A stretch of DNA of 64,000 nt, from positions 21,047 through 85,046 of the forward strand of contig JBGATI010000024.1 of NCBI GenBank assembly GCA_044229245.1. The letters run 5' to 3'. This document shows positions 27,269 through 36,706 of this stretch, one piece after another. This DNA comes from Gemmatimonadales bacterium. Its GTDB lineage: Bacteria > Gemmatimonadota > Gemmatimonadetes > Gemmatimonadales > GWC2-71-9. The notes beneath the pieces are model-generated. The model worked only from the letters and a program-made list of their open reading frames with translations, ran no database searches and was not told where the DNA came from. The position numbers and the translations under genes were made by a program. Within the stretch, counting starts at the first letter, position 1; every line of letters starts with the position of its first letter.

Positions 27269-28034
27269 CCACACCGGACCACCCCCTCACGGGGGAGCGC
27301 GATCTCGACCGGCTCCTCGCCACGATGGAGCCGGTCCTCGACCCGGCCCGCTACGCCTTCTGCCGCCGCCCGGACACCTTGCTTCCCCCGGGGACGACCC
27401 CACTCGGCATCTTCCGCGAGACCGAGGGCGTGACCCTGATTATCGACGCGGCGGTCGCGGCACGTCTCGGATATCCGGCGGACTTTCTCGCCCGGCGCAT
27501 CATCCTGACGATCCACTCAGACCTTGGAGCCGTCGGCTTCCTGGCCAGGGTGAGCGCGGCGCTGGCGGCGGCGGGGATCCCGTCCAACGCCGTCTCGGCC
27601 GCCTACCACGACCACCTCTTCGTACCTGAGGCGGAGGCCGAGCGCGCCCTGGCGATCCTGAAGCATCTTCAGCATGTGACCGCCGAGGGCGGAGTGGCCG
27701 AGGTGCTTTATTCGATCACCGTGCATGTCGACGAATCCTGTGCGGATGAGTGGCTTTCGTGGATGCGGGCCGTCCATGTGCCCCAGGTGCTGCGTGAGGG
27801 TGGATTCCTTGGTGCAGCATCACCCGCGAGATCGCGCAGAGCCCGGATGGCGGCAGGGTGACGTTCGTGCTCGACTACCGTTCCCCTTCTCTCGAGAGCC
27901 TCAATCTGTACCGGACCGGGCCTTCGGCGGCCCTTCAGAAAGCGCATGCCGACCGCTACGCCGGCCGCTTTGAGGCAACGCGTTCGGTCCGGGCCGTGCT
28001 GGCCTACCCCTCCCCCGGGCCGCACGGCGCCTGA
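27265..28034 (+). CDS. ACT-domain (DUF2241-type) / DUF4286-like fusion, frameshifted near 27811
   Basis: GE.DL..LL..M.P.L, FRE.EG.TL, HS.L.AVG, YHDHLFVP; then YSIT..VD.....W..WM...H.P.V; continues in shifted frame to TGA 28034. Confidence 0.75.
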
Positions 28035-28051
28035 CGCGACCACCGCCCGAC

Positions 28052-28576
28052 ATGCTCGAGCTGGCCTATCTCGCCGACCATCCCCATCTGGTTCCGCGCC
28101 TCGCACGGTGGCATCACGCCGAATGGGGAGCAATGATCCCAAGCTGGCCCCTCGAGGTGGCGGAGGCGGAACTGCGGGGTCACACCAGGCGCCGGGCTCT
28201 CTCGACCACGATCGTGGCACTGGAGGATGGCGTGCCAGTGGGGTCGGCGAGCCTGCTCGAGGAAGATATGCCCGAGATGCCTCCGCTCAGCCCGTGGCTG
28301 GCGAGCGTCTACGTCGTCCCGGGCGCTCGGAGCCGCGGCATCGGCGGAGCACTGGTGGGGCGCATCGTCGAGGAGGCCACGGCACTCGGGGTGGAGCGGC
28401 TTTATCTGTTTACCTACAATGCGCGACGGTACTACGAATCCCGAGGCTGGCGGCTCCTGCAACCGATCGCCACACAGGGGCATGAAGGGGTGATCATGTA
28501 CCTCGACCTTGGCGCCGGACGGTATACCTTACAAGACAGAACGGCGGACGCCGCCCCCAACCGGGAGGAACCATGA
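28052..28576 (+). CDS. GNAT N-acetyltransferase
   Basis: PWLAS.YV.P..R.RGIG..L, LYLFT....YY...GW. Confidence 0.9.
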   Translation: MLELAYLADHPHLVPRLARWHHAEWGAMIPSWPLEVAEAELRGHTRRRALSTTIVALEDGVPVGSASLLEEDMPEMPPLSPWLASVYVVPGARSRGIGGALVGRIVEEATALGVERLYLFTYNARRYYESRGWRLLQPIATQGHEGVIMYLDLGAGRYTLQDRTADAAPNREEP

Positions 28577-28836
28577 CGGACCTGCGCGCAACCTGGCAGA
28601 AGGTACTGGCCGATCTCGAGCGTGAGCGCGACGAGCTCAAGCTGAAGATTCACCTGGCCAAGGCGGAAGGCCGGGAGGAATTCGCCAAGCTCGACGATCG
28701 CATCGCGGAGCTGCGGGTCCGGGCCGACGCCGCGGGCACCGAGGCCAAGGGTGCCATGGGAGATATCGGTGAGGCCGCAAAGAAGCTCACCGCCGAGATC
28801 CGGGCCGGCATCGACCGGGTGCGCAAGACGCTGTGA
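28573..28836 (+). CDS. Small coiled-coil protein
   Basis: GGAGG RBS; ERDELKLKIHLAKAE.R.E. Confidence 0.8.
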   Translation: MTDLRATWQKVLADLERERDELKLKIHLAKAEGREEFAKLDDRIAELRVRADAAGTEAKGAMGDIGEAAKKLTAEIRAGIDRVRKTL

Positions 28837-28875
28837 CCGCAAGCCTGACACCGACCCCCAACCGACACTGAGCCC

Positions 28876-29232
28876 ATGTCCGAGCAGGCCCTTTCCAGTC
28901 AGATCGCCCAGCTGCGCAATCAGCTCACCCTCGTCGACGCCCAGCTAGCGAAGAGCGCCGCGGCACCGGAGGGCCTTGAGGATCTGAAGACTGCCGTCGA
29001 CAACGTCCGCACCAGCGTGTGGGCGGTGCTGTCGGCGTCCCGCTCGCACAACTATCCCGGGTTCATCGCGCGATTCCGGCTGCGTCGGTGCATCGACATC
29101 CTGAAGGCGGTCCAGGGCGATCTCGACAGCGATGCGGGCAAGACCATCCACCCGGAGCACTCGGAGATGCAGATCCTGCTCCAGCAGATCAACGAGCGGA
29201 TCGGCCGGCTCCGGAGCCAGGGCGGTGGATGA
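28876..29232 (+). CDS. Hypothetical helical protein, paralog of 615..959
   Basis: Ungapped alignment to first copy. Confidence 0.8.
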   Translation: MSEQALSSQIAQLRNQLTLVDAQLAKSAAAPEGLEDLKTAVDNVRTSVWAVLSASRSHNYPGFIARFRLRRCIDILKAVQGDLDSDAGKTIHPEHSEMQILLQQINERIGRLRSQGGG

Positions 29233-29830
29233 TCCGCTGACCGGCCTCGGTCTCTGGCCGGGGCTCGTCAGCGCGGCGGTCGGCCTCGGGCTGGCCGCCG
29301 CGTGCGGGTTTCGGGTCTTCGTTCCCCTCCTCATCGCCAGTCTCGCCGCCCATTATGGGCGCCTCCCGCTGGCGGGCGGCTTCGAGTGGCTGGCGACCCT
29401 TCCCGCGCTCATTGCGCTCGGCACCGCCACGGCCCTCGAGGTCGGGGCGTATTACGTGCCGTGGCTCGATCACGCTCTCGATCTGGTCGCGACCCCTACC
29501 GCGGTCCTGGCGGGGATGCTCGCGGCCGCGTCGGTCGTCACCGATCTCCCCCCGGTCCTCAAGTGGAGCACGGTGATCATCGGTGGCGGCGGTGCGGCAG
29601 GCCTGATCCAGGGCGCCTCCGTTCTGCTCCGGCTCAAGTCGGGAGCGCTCACGGGTGGCCTCGCGAATCCGCTCGTCTCGACGCTCGAGCTTGCGGGCGC
29701 CGGTATGACCGCGATGCTCGCCATCCTGCTGCCGCTTCTCTGCCTCGTACTCGTGGCGATGCTGCTCGTCACTGTCTTCCGGGGGACCGGCCGCCTGCTC
29801 TTCGGCCGCCGGCCAGCCTCCACGGGCTGA
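29225..29830 (+). CDS. DUF4126 membrane protein
   Basis: GLGLAAACGFRVFVPLL, EV.AYYVPWLDH.LD, TGGL.NP.VST.E. Confidence 0.9.
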   Translation: MDDPLTGLGLWPGLVSAAVGLGLAAACGFRVFVPLLIASLAAHYGRLPLAGGFEWLATLPALIALGTATALEVGAYYVPWLDHALDLVATPTAVLAGMLAAASVVTDLPPVLKWSTVIIGGGGAAGLIQGASVLLRLKSGALTGGLANPLVSTLELAGAGMTAMLAILLPLLCLVLVAMLLVTVFRGTGRLLFGRRPASTG

Positions 29831-29913
29831 CTCGAGCGACGATCGGCAATCGGCATGCGTCTCCATGTGAGGAGCACGAACCACGAGGGACCCCACGATC
29901 GGGAGGCCAACTC

Positions 29914-30438
29914 ATGAATCGAAGCGTACGCTGTGCCCTCGCCCTGCTCGGTCTGGCCTGTCATCACCAGGCGCCGGCGACGACCGCCCCCGACGCACGC
30001 TTCGCCGGCGTGCAGTCCCGCGGCGCCGAGGTGATGGGCGTCGACCAGTACACCTCCCTGCATGTCTTCGAGGACCTTCCCGATGGCGGGCGCATCCTGC
30101 TGGTGCGGCAGGATACCAGCGATGCCGCCGGCACCGCGACGATCCGCGCGCATCTGCGCGCGATCGCGGACAGCTTCAGTCGTGGCATCTTTTCGAGCCC
30201 CGCGACGGTACATGCCATGACCGTCCCGGGGACCGAGACGATGGCACGGCTGCGGGATCGTATCACGTACACCGAATCCGATCGCCCAGGGGGTGCTGAG
30301 GTGCGCATCACGACGCGCGACCCGGAGGCTCTCGGCGCCATCCGCGATTTCCTCGCGTTCCAGCGGATGGACCACCGGGCCGCCGGACACGAAGGGATGG
30401 ACCACTCGTCCATGCATCATCCAGCTCAGACGCCATGA
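29914..30438 (+). CDS. Lipoprotein with His/Met-rich tail
   Basis: Lipobox GLAC; VMG.DQ..S.H.F..L.DGG.I, IR.HL..I...F..G.F..P..VH; tail MDHRAAGHEGMDHSSMHH. Confidence 0.75.
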   Translation: MNRSVRCALALLGLACHHQAPATTAPDARFAGVQSRGAEVMGVDQYTSLHVFEDLPDGGRILLVRQDTSDAAGTATIRAHLRAIADSFSRGIFSSPATVHAMTVPGTETMARLRDRITYTESDRPGGAEVRITTRDPEALGAIRDFLAFQRMDHRAAGHEGMDHSSMHHPAQTP

Positions 30439-30914
30439 CGCTCATCATCAGCTCCACCGCGTTCGAGCCAGGCGGTGAGATACCAGCGACCCACACCTGC
30501 GAGGGGGAGAACACCTCCCCTGCTCTTGCGTGGCGCGGCGTCCCAGCAGGCGCGAAGAGTCTGGTCCTGATCGTCGATGACCCCGACGCTCCCGATCCGG
30601 AGGCGCCCAAGATGACCTGGGTGCACTGGGTCCTGTACAATCTGCCGACGACCTCGAGCGGGCTCCGGGAAGGGATCAAGGCAGCGGAGCTGCCCGCAGG
30701 CACACTGGAGGGAGTCACCGACTTCAAGCGCACGGGGTGGGGCGGTCCCTGCCCTCCCATCGGGCGGCACCGCTACTTCTTCCGGCTCCATGCCCTGGAT
30801 GTCGTGCTGCCCGACCTCAGGCGCCCGGTCCGTGCCGGCCTCGAGCAGGCGATGGCCGGGCACGTGATCGCGCGGACGGAGCTGATGGGGACCTACATGA
30901 AGCGGCGCCGCTAG
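30435..30914 (+). CDS. YbhB/YbcL (PEBP) family protein
   Basis: TCEG.N.SP.L.W, DDPDAP, WVHWV.YN, GPCPP.GRHRY.F. Confidence 0.93.
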   Translation: MTLIISSTAFEPGGEIPATHTCEGENTSPALAWRGVPAGAKSLVLIVDDPDAPDPEAPKMTWVHWVLYNLPTTSSGLREGIKAAELPAGTLEGVTDFKRTGWGGPCPPIGRHRYFFRLHALDVVLPDLRRPVRAGLEQAMAGHVIARTELMGTYMKRRR

Positions 30915-31357
30915 GCGACGTTGTCGGTGTCGAGCTGGCCGCTGAGGCGCCGGCTGATGTGCGACCAGGAAAGCCCGATCGCCAGCACCAGGCTGACCGC
31001 GATCAGGATCAGGTGCGCGATGGCCTTGCTGCTGGTGGGGGAGATCGCCCCGTAATAGATCATCGCCCAGATGGTGCAGGCGAAGAGGCCGAGGACGAGG
31101 AGCGCTCCGCCGGCGCCGAGGGAGCGCCGGGTCGCCTGGAGGAACACAGCCCACGCCGCCATCAGCGCCAGTGCCGCGAAGGCCTTGAGCGGCGTGAAGG
31201 AGTGGATGTAGGCCATCAGTCCGGTCTCGCCCGGCTTCGGCTGAAAGGTCCAGTGGAAGAAGGACACCCCCTCCGGGTTGTACGTCGCGTACACCAGGAT
31301 CAGGGCCGCCACCAGCCGGCCGAGCATGCCACCCCACGAAAAGTCCTTTGCCGCCAT
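30911..31357 (-). CDS. Conserved membrane protein (DUF6524-like)
   Basis: LV.ATYNP.G.S..HW, LA.GLSWSHI.RRLSGQ.D.D. Confidence 0.8.
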   Translation of the reverse strand: MAAKDFSWGGMLGRLVAALILVYATYNPEGVSFFHWTFQPKPGETGLMAYIHSFTPLKAFAALALMAAWAVFLQATRRSLGAGGALLVLGLFACTIWAMIYYGAISPTSSKAIAHLILIAVSLVLAIGLSWSHISRRLSGQLDTDNVA

Positions 31358-31545
31358 CGCCACTCCAGGTGAAGGAACGAATGCCGAGGCGAAGGTAGCA
31401 ACCGCCCCGGGCCCGCGCCAGCGTGTCGCAGCCCCCTTGCCAACGTGCTGCACCCGCTGCCAATTACCCCGCCCGCTGTCCCTCGCCGCAGCCGCGGCGC
31501 GGCGGACGTCCCCTCGGTAGTCGAACCTGCGCCAGAGGCATCCTG

Positions 31546-32178
31546 ATGACGAAGTATCTCACGGAGTTCATCGGCACCTTCTTCCTCGTCCTGACGGTCA
31601 ACCTCACCGTGATGGGGCAGGTCCCCATGGCGCCGCTGGCGATCGGCGCATCGCTCATGATCATGGTCTACATGGGAGGGCACATCTCCGGCGGTCACTA
31701 CAATCCCGCGGTCTCCCTGGCGCTGACCCTCCGCGGGAAGCTCGCGAGCGGCGAACTGCTCCCCTACATGGTGGCGCAGGTGCTGGGTGCGGTCGTGGCG
31801 AGCCTCGCGGGCTGGGTGATCATGGGACAGAGCTTCGCGCCGGCACCGGCGGCGACCACCACCGTGGTGGCGGCCCTTCTCGTCGAGCTGCTCTTCACCT
31901 TCGCGCTCTGCCTCGTCGTGCTGAACTCCGCCTGCCACTCGGCGACCAAGGGCAATTCGTTCTACGGGCTCGCCATCGGCTTCACCATCGTGGTCGCCGC
32001 GTTCGCCGGTGGTGGCATCTCGGGCGGCGCGTTCAATCCGGCCGTCGGCATCGGGCCGACGCTGGTGCACGGCCTCCTCGGTGGCGGCTCGTTCTCGAGT
32101 CTCTGGCTCTACCTGGTCGGTCCCTTCGCCGGCAGCTTCCTGGCGGCCGGTGTGTTCAAGATGCAGGAGACGGTCTAA
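31546..32178 (+). CDS. MIP/aquaporin channel
   Basis: EFIGTF, SGGHYNPAVS and GAFNPAV (two NPA motifs). Confidence 0.95.
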   Translation: MTKYLTEFIGTFFLVLTVNLTVMGQVPMAPLAIGASLMIMVYMGGHISGGHYNPAVSLALTLRGKLASGELLPYMVAQVLGAVVASLAGWVIMGQSFAPAPAATTTVVAALLVELLFTFALCLVVLNSACHSATKGNSFYGLAIGFTIVVAAFAGGGISGGAFNPAVGIGPTLVHGLLGGGSFSSLWLYLVGPFAGSFLAAGVFKMQETV

Positions 32179-32184
32179 CCGCAC

Positions 32185-32241
32185 GTTCCGAGTTCCGAGG
32201 ACCGAGGTGTCGGCACTTCCTCGGAACTCGGAACTCGGAAC
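32185..32241. repeat. Inverted heptamer repeat (GTTCCGA)n/(TCGGAAC)n
   Basis: GTTCCGA x2 + GGACCGA ... TCGGAAC x3; 16-bp perfect stem. Confidence 0.85.
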
Positions 32242-32287
32242 GGAGTACCCCGCATTCGCACCTCGCACCCGCCATCCGGAGGCCCCC

Positions 32288-32641
32288 ATCAACACCGTCT
32301 TCGTTCAGACCACCGGTCTGCTCATTCTCTCGAATGTGTTCATGACCTTCGCGTGGTACGCCCACCTGCGGAATCTGGCCGATCGTCCCTGGTACGTCGC
32401 CGCCCTGCTGAGCTGGGGGATCGCGCTGTTCGAGTACCTGCTGCAGGTACCGGCAAACCGGATCGGCTACACCTCGATGACGCTGGGGCAGCTCAAGATC
32501 CTGCAGGAGGTGATCACGCTGAGCGTGTTCGTGCCTTTCGCCGTCGTCTACATGAAGCAGCCGTTCAAGCTGGACTACCTCTACGCCGGCGTCTGTCTGC
32601 TCGGCGCGGTCTACTTCATCTTCCGGGATCCGAAGGCCTGA
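32288..32641 (+). CDS. DMT family protein (DUF486 type)
   Basis: LL..SNVFMTFAWY.HL, SWGIA.FEY.LQVPANRIG, QLKI.QEVITL; start uncertain (ATC after GGAGG). Confidence 0.88.
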   Translation: MNTVFVQTTGLLILSNVFMTFAWYAHLRNLADRPWYVAALLSWGIALFEYLLQVPANRIGYTSMTLGQLKILQEVITLSVFVPFAVVYMKQPFKLDYLYAGVCLLGAVYFIFRDPKA

Positions 32642-35600
32642 CCGAACCGAGAGCACCGCTCGCGGCCAGCCCGACCGGGAGCAGCACGAGGGTGACGAGG
32701 GTGGACAGCGTCAGTCCTCCGATCACCGCGATCGCAAGCGGCCGCTGCAACTCGGCGCCCGACCCGAGGCCGAGGGCGAGCGGCAGCAGTCCTGCGAGTG
32801 TGCAGAGCGTCGTCATCAGGATGGGACGGAGCCGGATTCGCCCCGCTTCGGCCAGCGCCGCATCCACGGCCATGCCGCTCGCCCGCATTCCGAGCGCCGC
32901 ATCGAAGAGAATGATTCCGTTCTTGACGACCAGGCCCACCAGCAGGATCAGCCCCATGAAGCTGGAGACATTGAACGGAATACCTGCGATCGCGAGACCG
33001 CCGAGCGCGCCGGTGAGCCCCAGCGACGCGGCGAGCAGGATCACGATCGGCCCGCGGAAGCTGCCGAACTGTGCCACCATCACCAGCAACACCGCGCCGG
33101 CGGCCAGGCCCAGCACCAGCAGCAGTTGGCGGAACGACTCCCGCTGTCCCACCGACTGACCGCCGTACTCGAGCGAGACACCCGGAGGAAGTGCCACCCT
33201 GGCGAGCCGCTGGCGGATCTCCTGCATGACTTCGCCGAGGCTGGTGGCTTCCGGGTCGATCGCGCCGGTCACCATGACGACCGGGCGCAGGTTTTCCCGC
33301 AGGAGCTCCGAGGCGTCACTGGTGTCGCGCACCGTGCCGAGACTGCCGAGCGGCGCGCTGCCCCCTGCACCGACGATCGGCACGCGGCTCACCACGGTGG
33401 GCGCGTAGCGAACGCTGTCCGGCAACCGCACGCGGATGGGGACGAGGCGATCGGGCTCCCGGACCGCACCGGCATCAGCTCCAAACAGCGCGGCGCGCGC
33501 CTGCCGTGAGGCCTCCTCCGCCGTGAGTCCGAGGCGGGAGAGCCGCACCGGATCGAGGATCACCTTGAGCTCCGGAAGCTCCCCCGCATCGCCATCGAAG
33601 AGATCCTCGAGTCCGGGCACATCCCCGATCGCGCCCGCGACCTGCTTTGCCGCCGCAATGGCGACCGCGCCATCGGGATGGAACAGCTTGAGCTCCACCG
33701 GTTCCGGAGAGCCCGTGAGGTCACCGAGCAGATCCTCGAGGATCTGGTGGTACTCCACCCGGACCGCTGGCACCTCACGGTCCAGCCGGTCGCGCAGCCG
33801 GTTCATCACGGCATAGACGGATTCACCGCGCTTCGAGCGGGGCGTGAGCAGGACCGTCATGTCGCCGCGGTTCGGCGCGGTGGCGAACAGCCCCAGTTCG
33901 ACACCCGTGCGGCGGGTGAACGCCTCGATGGCCGGGTCGCTCTTGAGGACCGCCTCGATCCGGCCGATCTCCCGGTCGGTCTCCGCCAGCGACGTCCCGG
34001 TCGCCGTCCAGTAGTCGAGGATGAACCCTCCCTCGTCCATCTGCGGCAGGAAGCCGGTTCCAATCGAGCGCCAGGCGAGGAACGCGACCAGCACCATCGT
34101 CGCCACGACCCCGAGCGCCAGCGCCCGCCGTCCGAGGACGCGACCGACCACCCGCGTATACCAGGTCTCCACCTTCGCCAGCGAGAGACCGGGTTCCCTG
34201 ACCTCCCGCCGCCCCTGCTGGCGTACCGCGAGGATGGGAATCACCGTCACGGCATAGACCAGCGAGAGCAGCACGGCTACTGCGAGCGCGAGCGAGAAGG
34301 ACTGAAAGAACTGACCGACGACGCCCTCGAGGAGGGCGAGCGGCGCGAAGACCACTACCGTCGTGAGGGTGGAACTCGCGACCGGCCCCAGGATTTCATC
34401 GGTGGCGGTCAGCACCCCCTCGGTGTCCCGTGCCCTGCCTGCCGTCTTGCGCGCGATGTTCTCCACCACGACGACCGCGTCATCGATGACCAGTCCGATG
34501 GCGACCGCGAGTCCGCCAAGCGACATCAGATTGAGTGAGTCGCGCGCGACGGCGAGCCCCGCGAAGGTGCCGACCACCGCGAGCGGCAGCGTGATGGCCG
34601 CGGTGAGCGTGAGATCCAGCCGGCCGAGAAAGAGGAAGAGAATGACGATGGCGAGAAGGCCGCCGATCAGCATCGCATCGCGCACGCTCGCGATCGAGTC
34701 GCGCACCAGCACGCCCTGATTGTAGACCGACTCCAGCCGCACCCCTGCAGGGAGCAGCGGACGAATGGAATCCACTGCCGCCTCCACCGCCTCCGCGACC
34801 CGCAGGATGTTGCCGCGGGGTTGGCGGGAGACATTGATCAGCGCGGCGGGCGCGCCATCGCCCGCGACAATCTGGAAACGATCCTCCGCGCCGTAGCGCA
34901 CCCGCCCCAGGTCGCCGACGCGCAGCAGACCGTCCCCTTCCCGCCGCACCACTGTCCGGGCCACCGCATCCGGGCTCGCGGTGAGCGCGGAGACGATGAT
35001 GCTGTACTGGAGATACCTGCGGTCGATCCGGCCCGCGGCGGTGACGATGTTCGTCGCCGCGATCCGGTCCGCCACCTCTGTGACACTGATGCGCCGGGCG
35101 GCGAGGCGGGCAGGATCGAGTTCGACCGAGACCTCGCGCACCAGTCCGCCCTGCACCTCCACCGCTCCGACATCGGCGAGGCGTGCCAGCCGCGGGCGAA
35201 TGGTGTACTGCGCCAGGTCCCGCAGCAGCATCGGATCGCCGCCGGTAAGTTCGTACTGCAGCATCGGGAAGACCGAGGGCGTGAGCCGCTCGGCCAGTAT
35301 CGTGAGGCCCGCCGGCAGCGAGGGCTGCAGTGCGGCGATCCGGCTCTGCACCTGCTGCAGTGCGAACGGCATGTCGGCGCCGGGCCGGAAATTGAGGCTG
35401 AGTTCGGTCGCGCCCCGCACCGTGCGGGTGCGGATCTGCCGCAGATCGATGACTCCGCTCACCGCCTCTTCGAGCGGGCGGGTGACGGCGACGACCATGT
35501 CTCGCGGCTCGAAGGTTCCCCCTTCGGCGACGACGGCAATGCGGGGGAACGTCGCTTCGGGGTAGATCCCGGCGGGCAGCGTGGCGAGGGCGTAGAACCC

Positions 35601-35672
35601 CGCCGCGGAAAAGAGTGCCGTGGCGAGGAGGATCGGCGCGCGGTGCCGCGCCGCGAAGCGGGCGATGCTCAT
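32616..35672 (-). CDS. RND efflux permease (AcrB/CzcA family)
   Basis: 1018 aa; NLMSLGGLAVAIGLVIDDAVVVVEN, VVKNGI, RLRPILMT. Confidence 0.95.
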   Translation of the reverse strand: MSIARFAARHRAPILLATALFSAAGFYALATLPAGIYPEATFPRIAVVAEGGTFEPRDMVVAVTRPLEEAVSGVIDLRQIRTRTVRGATELSLNFRPGADMPFALQQVQSRIAALQPSLPAGLTILAERLTPSVFPMLQYELTGGDPMLLRDLAQYTIRPRLARLADVGAVEVQGGLVREVSVELDPARLAARRISVTEVADRIAATNIVTAAGRIDRRYLQYSIIVSALTASPDAVARTVVRREGDGLLRVGDLGRVRYGAEDRFQIVAGDGAPAALINVSRQPRGNILRVAEAVEAAVDSIRPLLPAGVRLESVYNQGVLVRDSIASVRDAMLIGGLLAIVILFLFLGRLDLTLTAAITLPLAVVGTFAGLAVARDSLNLMSLGGLAVAIGLVIDDAVVVVENIARKTAGRARDTEGVLTATDEILGPVASSTLTTVVVFAPLALLEGVVGQFFQSFSLALAVAVLLSLVYAVTVIPILAVRQQGRREVREPGLSLAKVETWYTRVVGRVLGRRALALGVVATMVLVAFLAWRSIGTGFLPQMDEGGFILDYWTATGTSLAETDREIGRIEAVLKSDPAIEAFTRRTGVELGLFATAPNRGDMTVLLTPRSKRGESVYAVMNRLRDRLDREVPAVRVEYHQILEDLLGDLTGSPEPVELKLFHPDGAVAIAAAKQVAGAIGDVPGLEDLFDGDAGELPELKVILDPVRLSRLGLTAEEASRQARAALFGADAGAVREPDRLVPIRVRLPDSVRYAPTVVSRVPIVGAGGSAPLGSLGTVRDTSDASELLRENLRPVVMVTGAIDPEATSLGEVMQEIRQRLARVALPPGVSLEYGGQSVGQRESFRQLLLVLGLAAGAVLLVMVAQFGSFRGPIVILLAASLGLTGALGGLAIAGIPFNVSSFMGLILLVGLVVKNGIILFDAALGMRASGMAVDAALAEAGRIRLRPILMTTLCTLAGLLPLALGLGSGAELQRPLAIAVIGGLTLSTLVTLVLLPVGLAASGALGSVRPSDPGR

Positions 35673-36706
35673 TCCTGGCGCGGGGCCGCCGGCACGACGT
35701 GCATCCCGTCGGCGAGGCCGTAAGCCCCGCTCGTGACCACTCGCGAGCCCGGCGAAACATCCCCGCTGATCGCGCTCCGCCCGCCACTCTCCCCCTTCAC
35801 CTCGACCGGGCGCGCGTGTGCGACCGAGTCGGCTCCGACGACGAAGACTGTCGTCGCGCCGCCGACCAGGACCACCGCCGAGTCAGGCACGATCAGCGCG
35901 TCCCGGAGGGGAGCCAGCGTCACCCGCGCGGTGGCACCGGCGCCGGGACGCAGTGTCCTGCCCGCGTCGGCAATCCGGATGATCACCGACCCGGCCCCGG
36001 TGAGAGAATCGACTCCAGGCGCGAGCGCGTGCACGGTGGCCGGCCGGCCGGATTCCGTTCCTTCTCCCGACACCATTGCCGGCTGCCCGACGCCGAGCCG
36101 GGCAAGCTGCTCGGGCGTGGCGCTCGCGAGCAGGTCGAGTCCGCCGCCTCCGACGATGCTCACGAGCGGTTGTCCGGTGCTCACCCGTTCCCCTGGCTGG
36201 ACCAGGACCCGTTGCACCCCTCCAGCGATGGGGCTGGTGATGCGCGCGCGACTCAGGAGCACCTGCGCCGAGCTGGCCGCCGCCCGGGCGCTCACGGCCG
36301 CAGCCTCACGCTCCTCGAGCTGACGGCGCGCGGTGATGCCCTGCTGAAACAAATTGCGCTGACGAGCCGCATCGGCCTCCGCGGCGTCCGCATTTGCGGC
36401 GAGCGAACGGGCCTGCATGACCAGCTCCGGGGCATCGAGGTCGATCAGCGCCGATCCCGCGGCGACCCGGTCCCCAACCTGCACATGAATCGCACGGACG
36501 ACCGCATCGCTCGGCGCGCTGAGGGCCGCGCTCGCCCCCGGCAGCGGAACGAGTCGCCCTGAGAGCTCCAGCACCTCGCTCAGGGTGTCCCTGCGCACCA
36601 CCGCCGTGCCCACCGGTACCGCGGTGGTCACCGCGTCCGCCTCATGGTTCCTGCCGCCCGTGCACGCTCCGAGGAGCATCCCGACCAGGATCACCGATCG
36701 CCTCAT
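35669..36706 (-). CDS. RND periplasmic adaptor (MFP)
   Basis: Lipobox LGAC; V.VGDRV..G, I.SPI.G.V, L.PG. Confidence 0.92.
   Translation of the reverse strand: MRRSVILVGMLLGACTGGRNHEADAVTTAVPVGTAVVRRDTLSEVLELSGRLVPLPGASAALSAPSDAVVRAIHVQVGDRVAAGSALIDLDAPELVMQARSLAANADAAEADAARQRNLFQQGITARRQLEEREAAAVSARAAASSAQVLLSRARITSPIAGGVQRVLVQPGERVSTGQPLVSIVGGGGLDLLASATPEQLARLGVGQPAMVSGEGTESGRPATVHALAPGVDSLTGAGSVIIRIADAGRTLRPGAGATARVTLAPLRDALIVPDSAVVLVGGATTVFVVGADSVAHARPVEVKGESGGRSAISGDVSPGSRVVTSGAYGLADGMHVVPAAPRQE

Noticed and set aside
32185-32241. CRISPR array
   Set aside because: 7-bp units without spacers; no cas genes.
1-32641. Integron cassette array
   Set aside because: Spacers are mostly absent or very short; no recurring attC-like palindromes and no intI.
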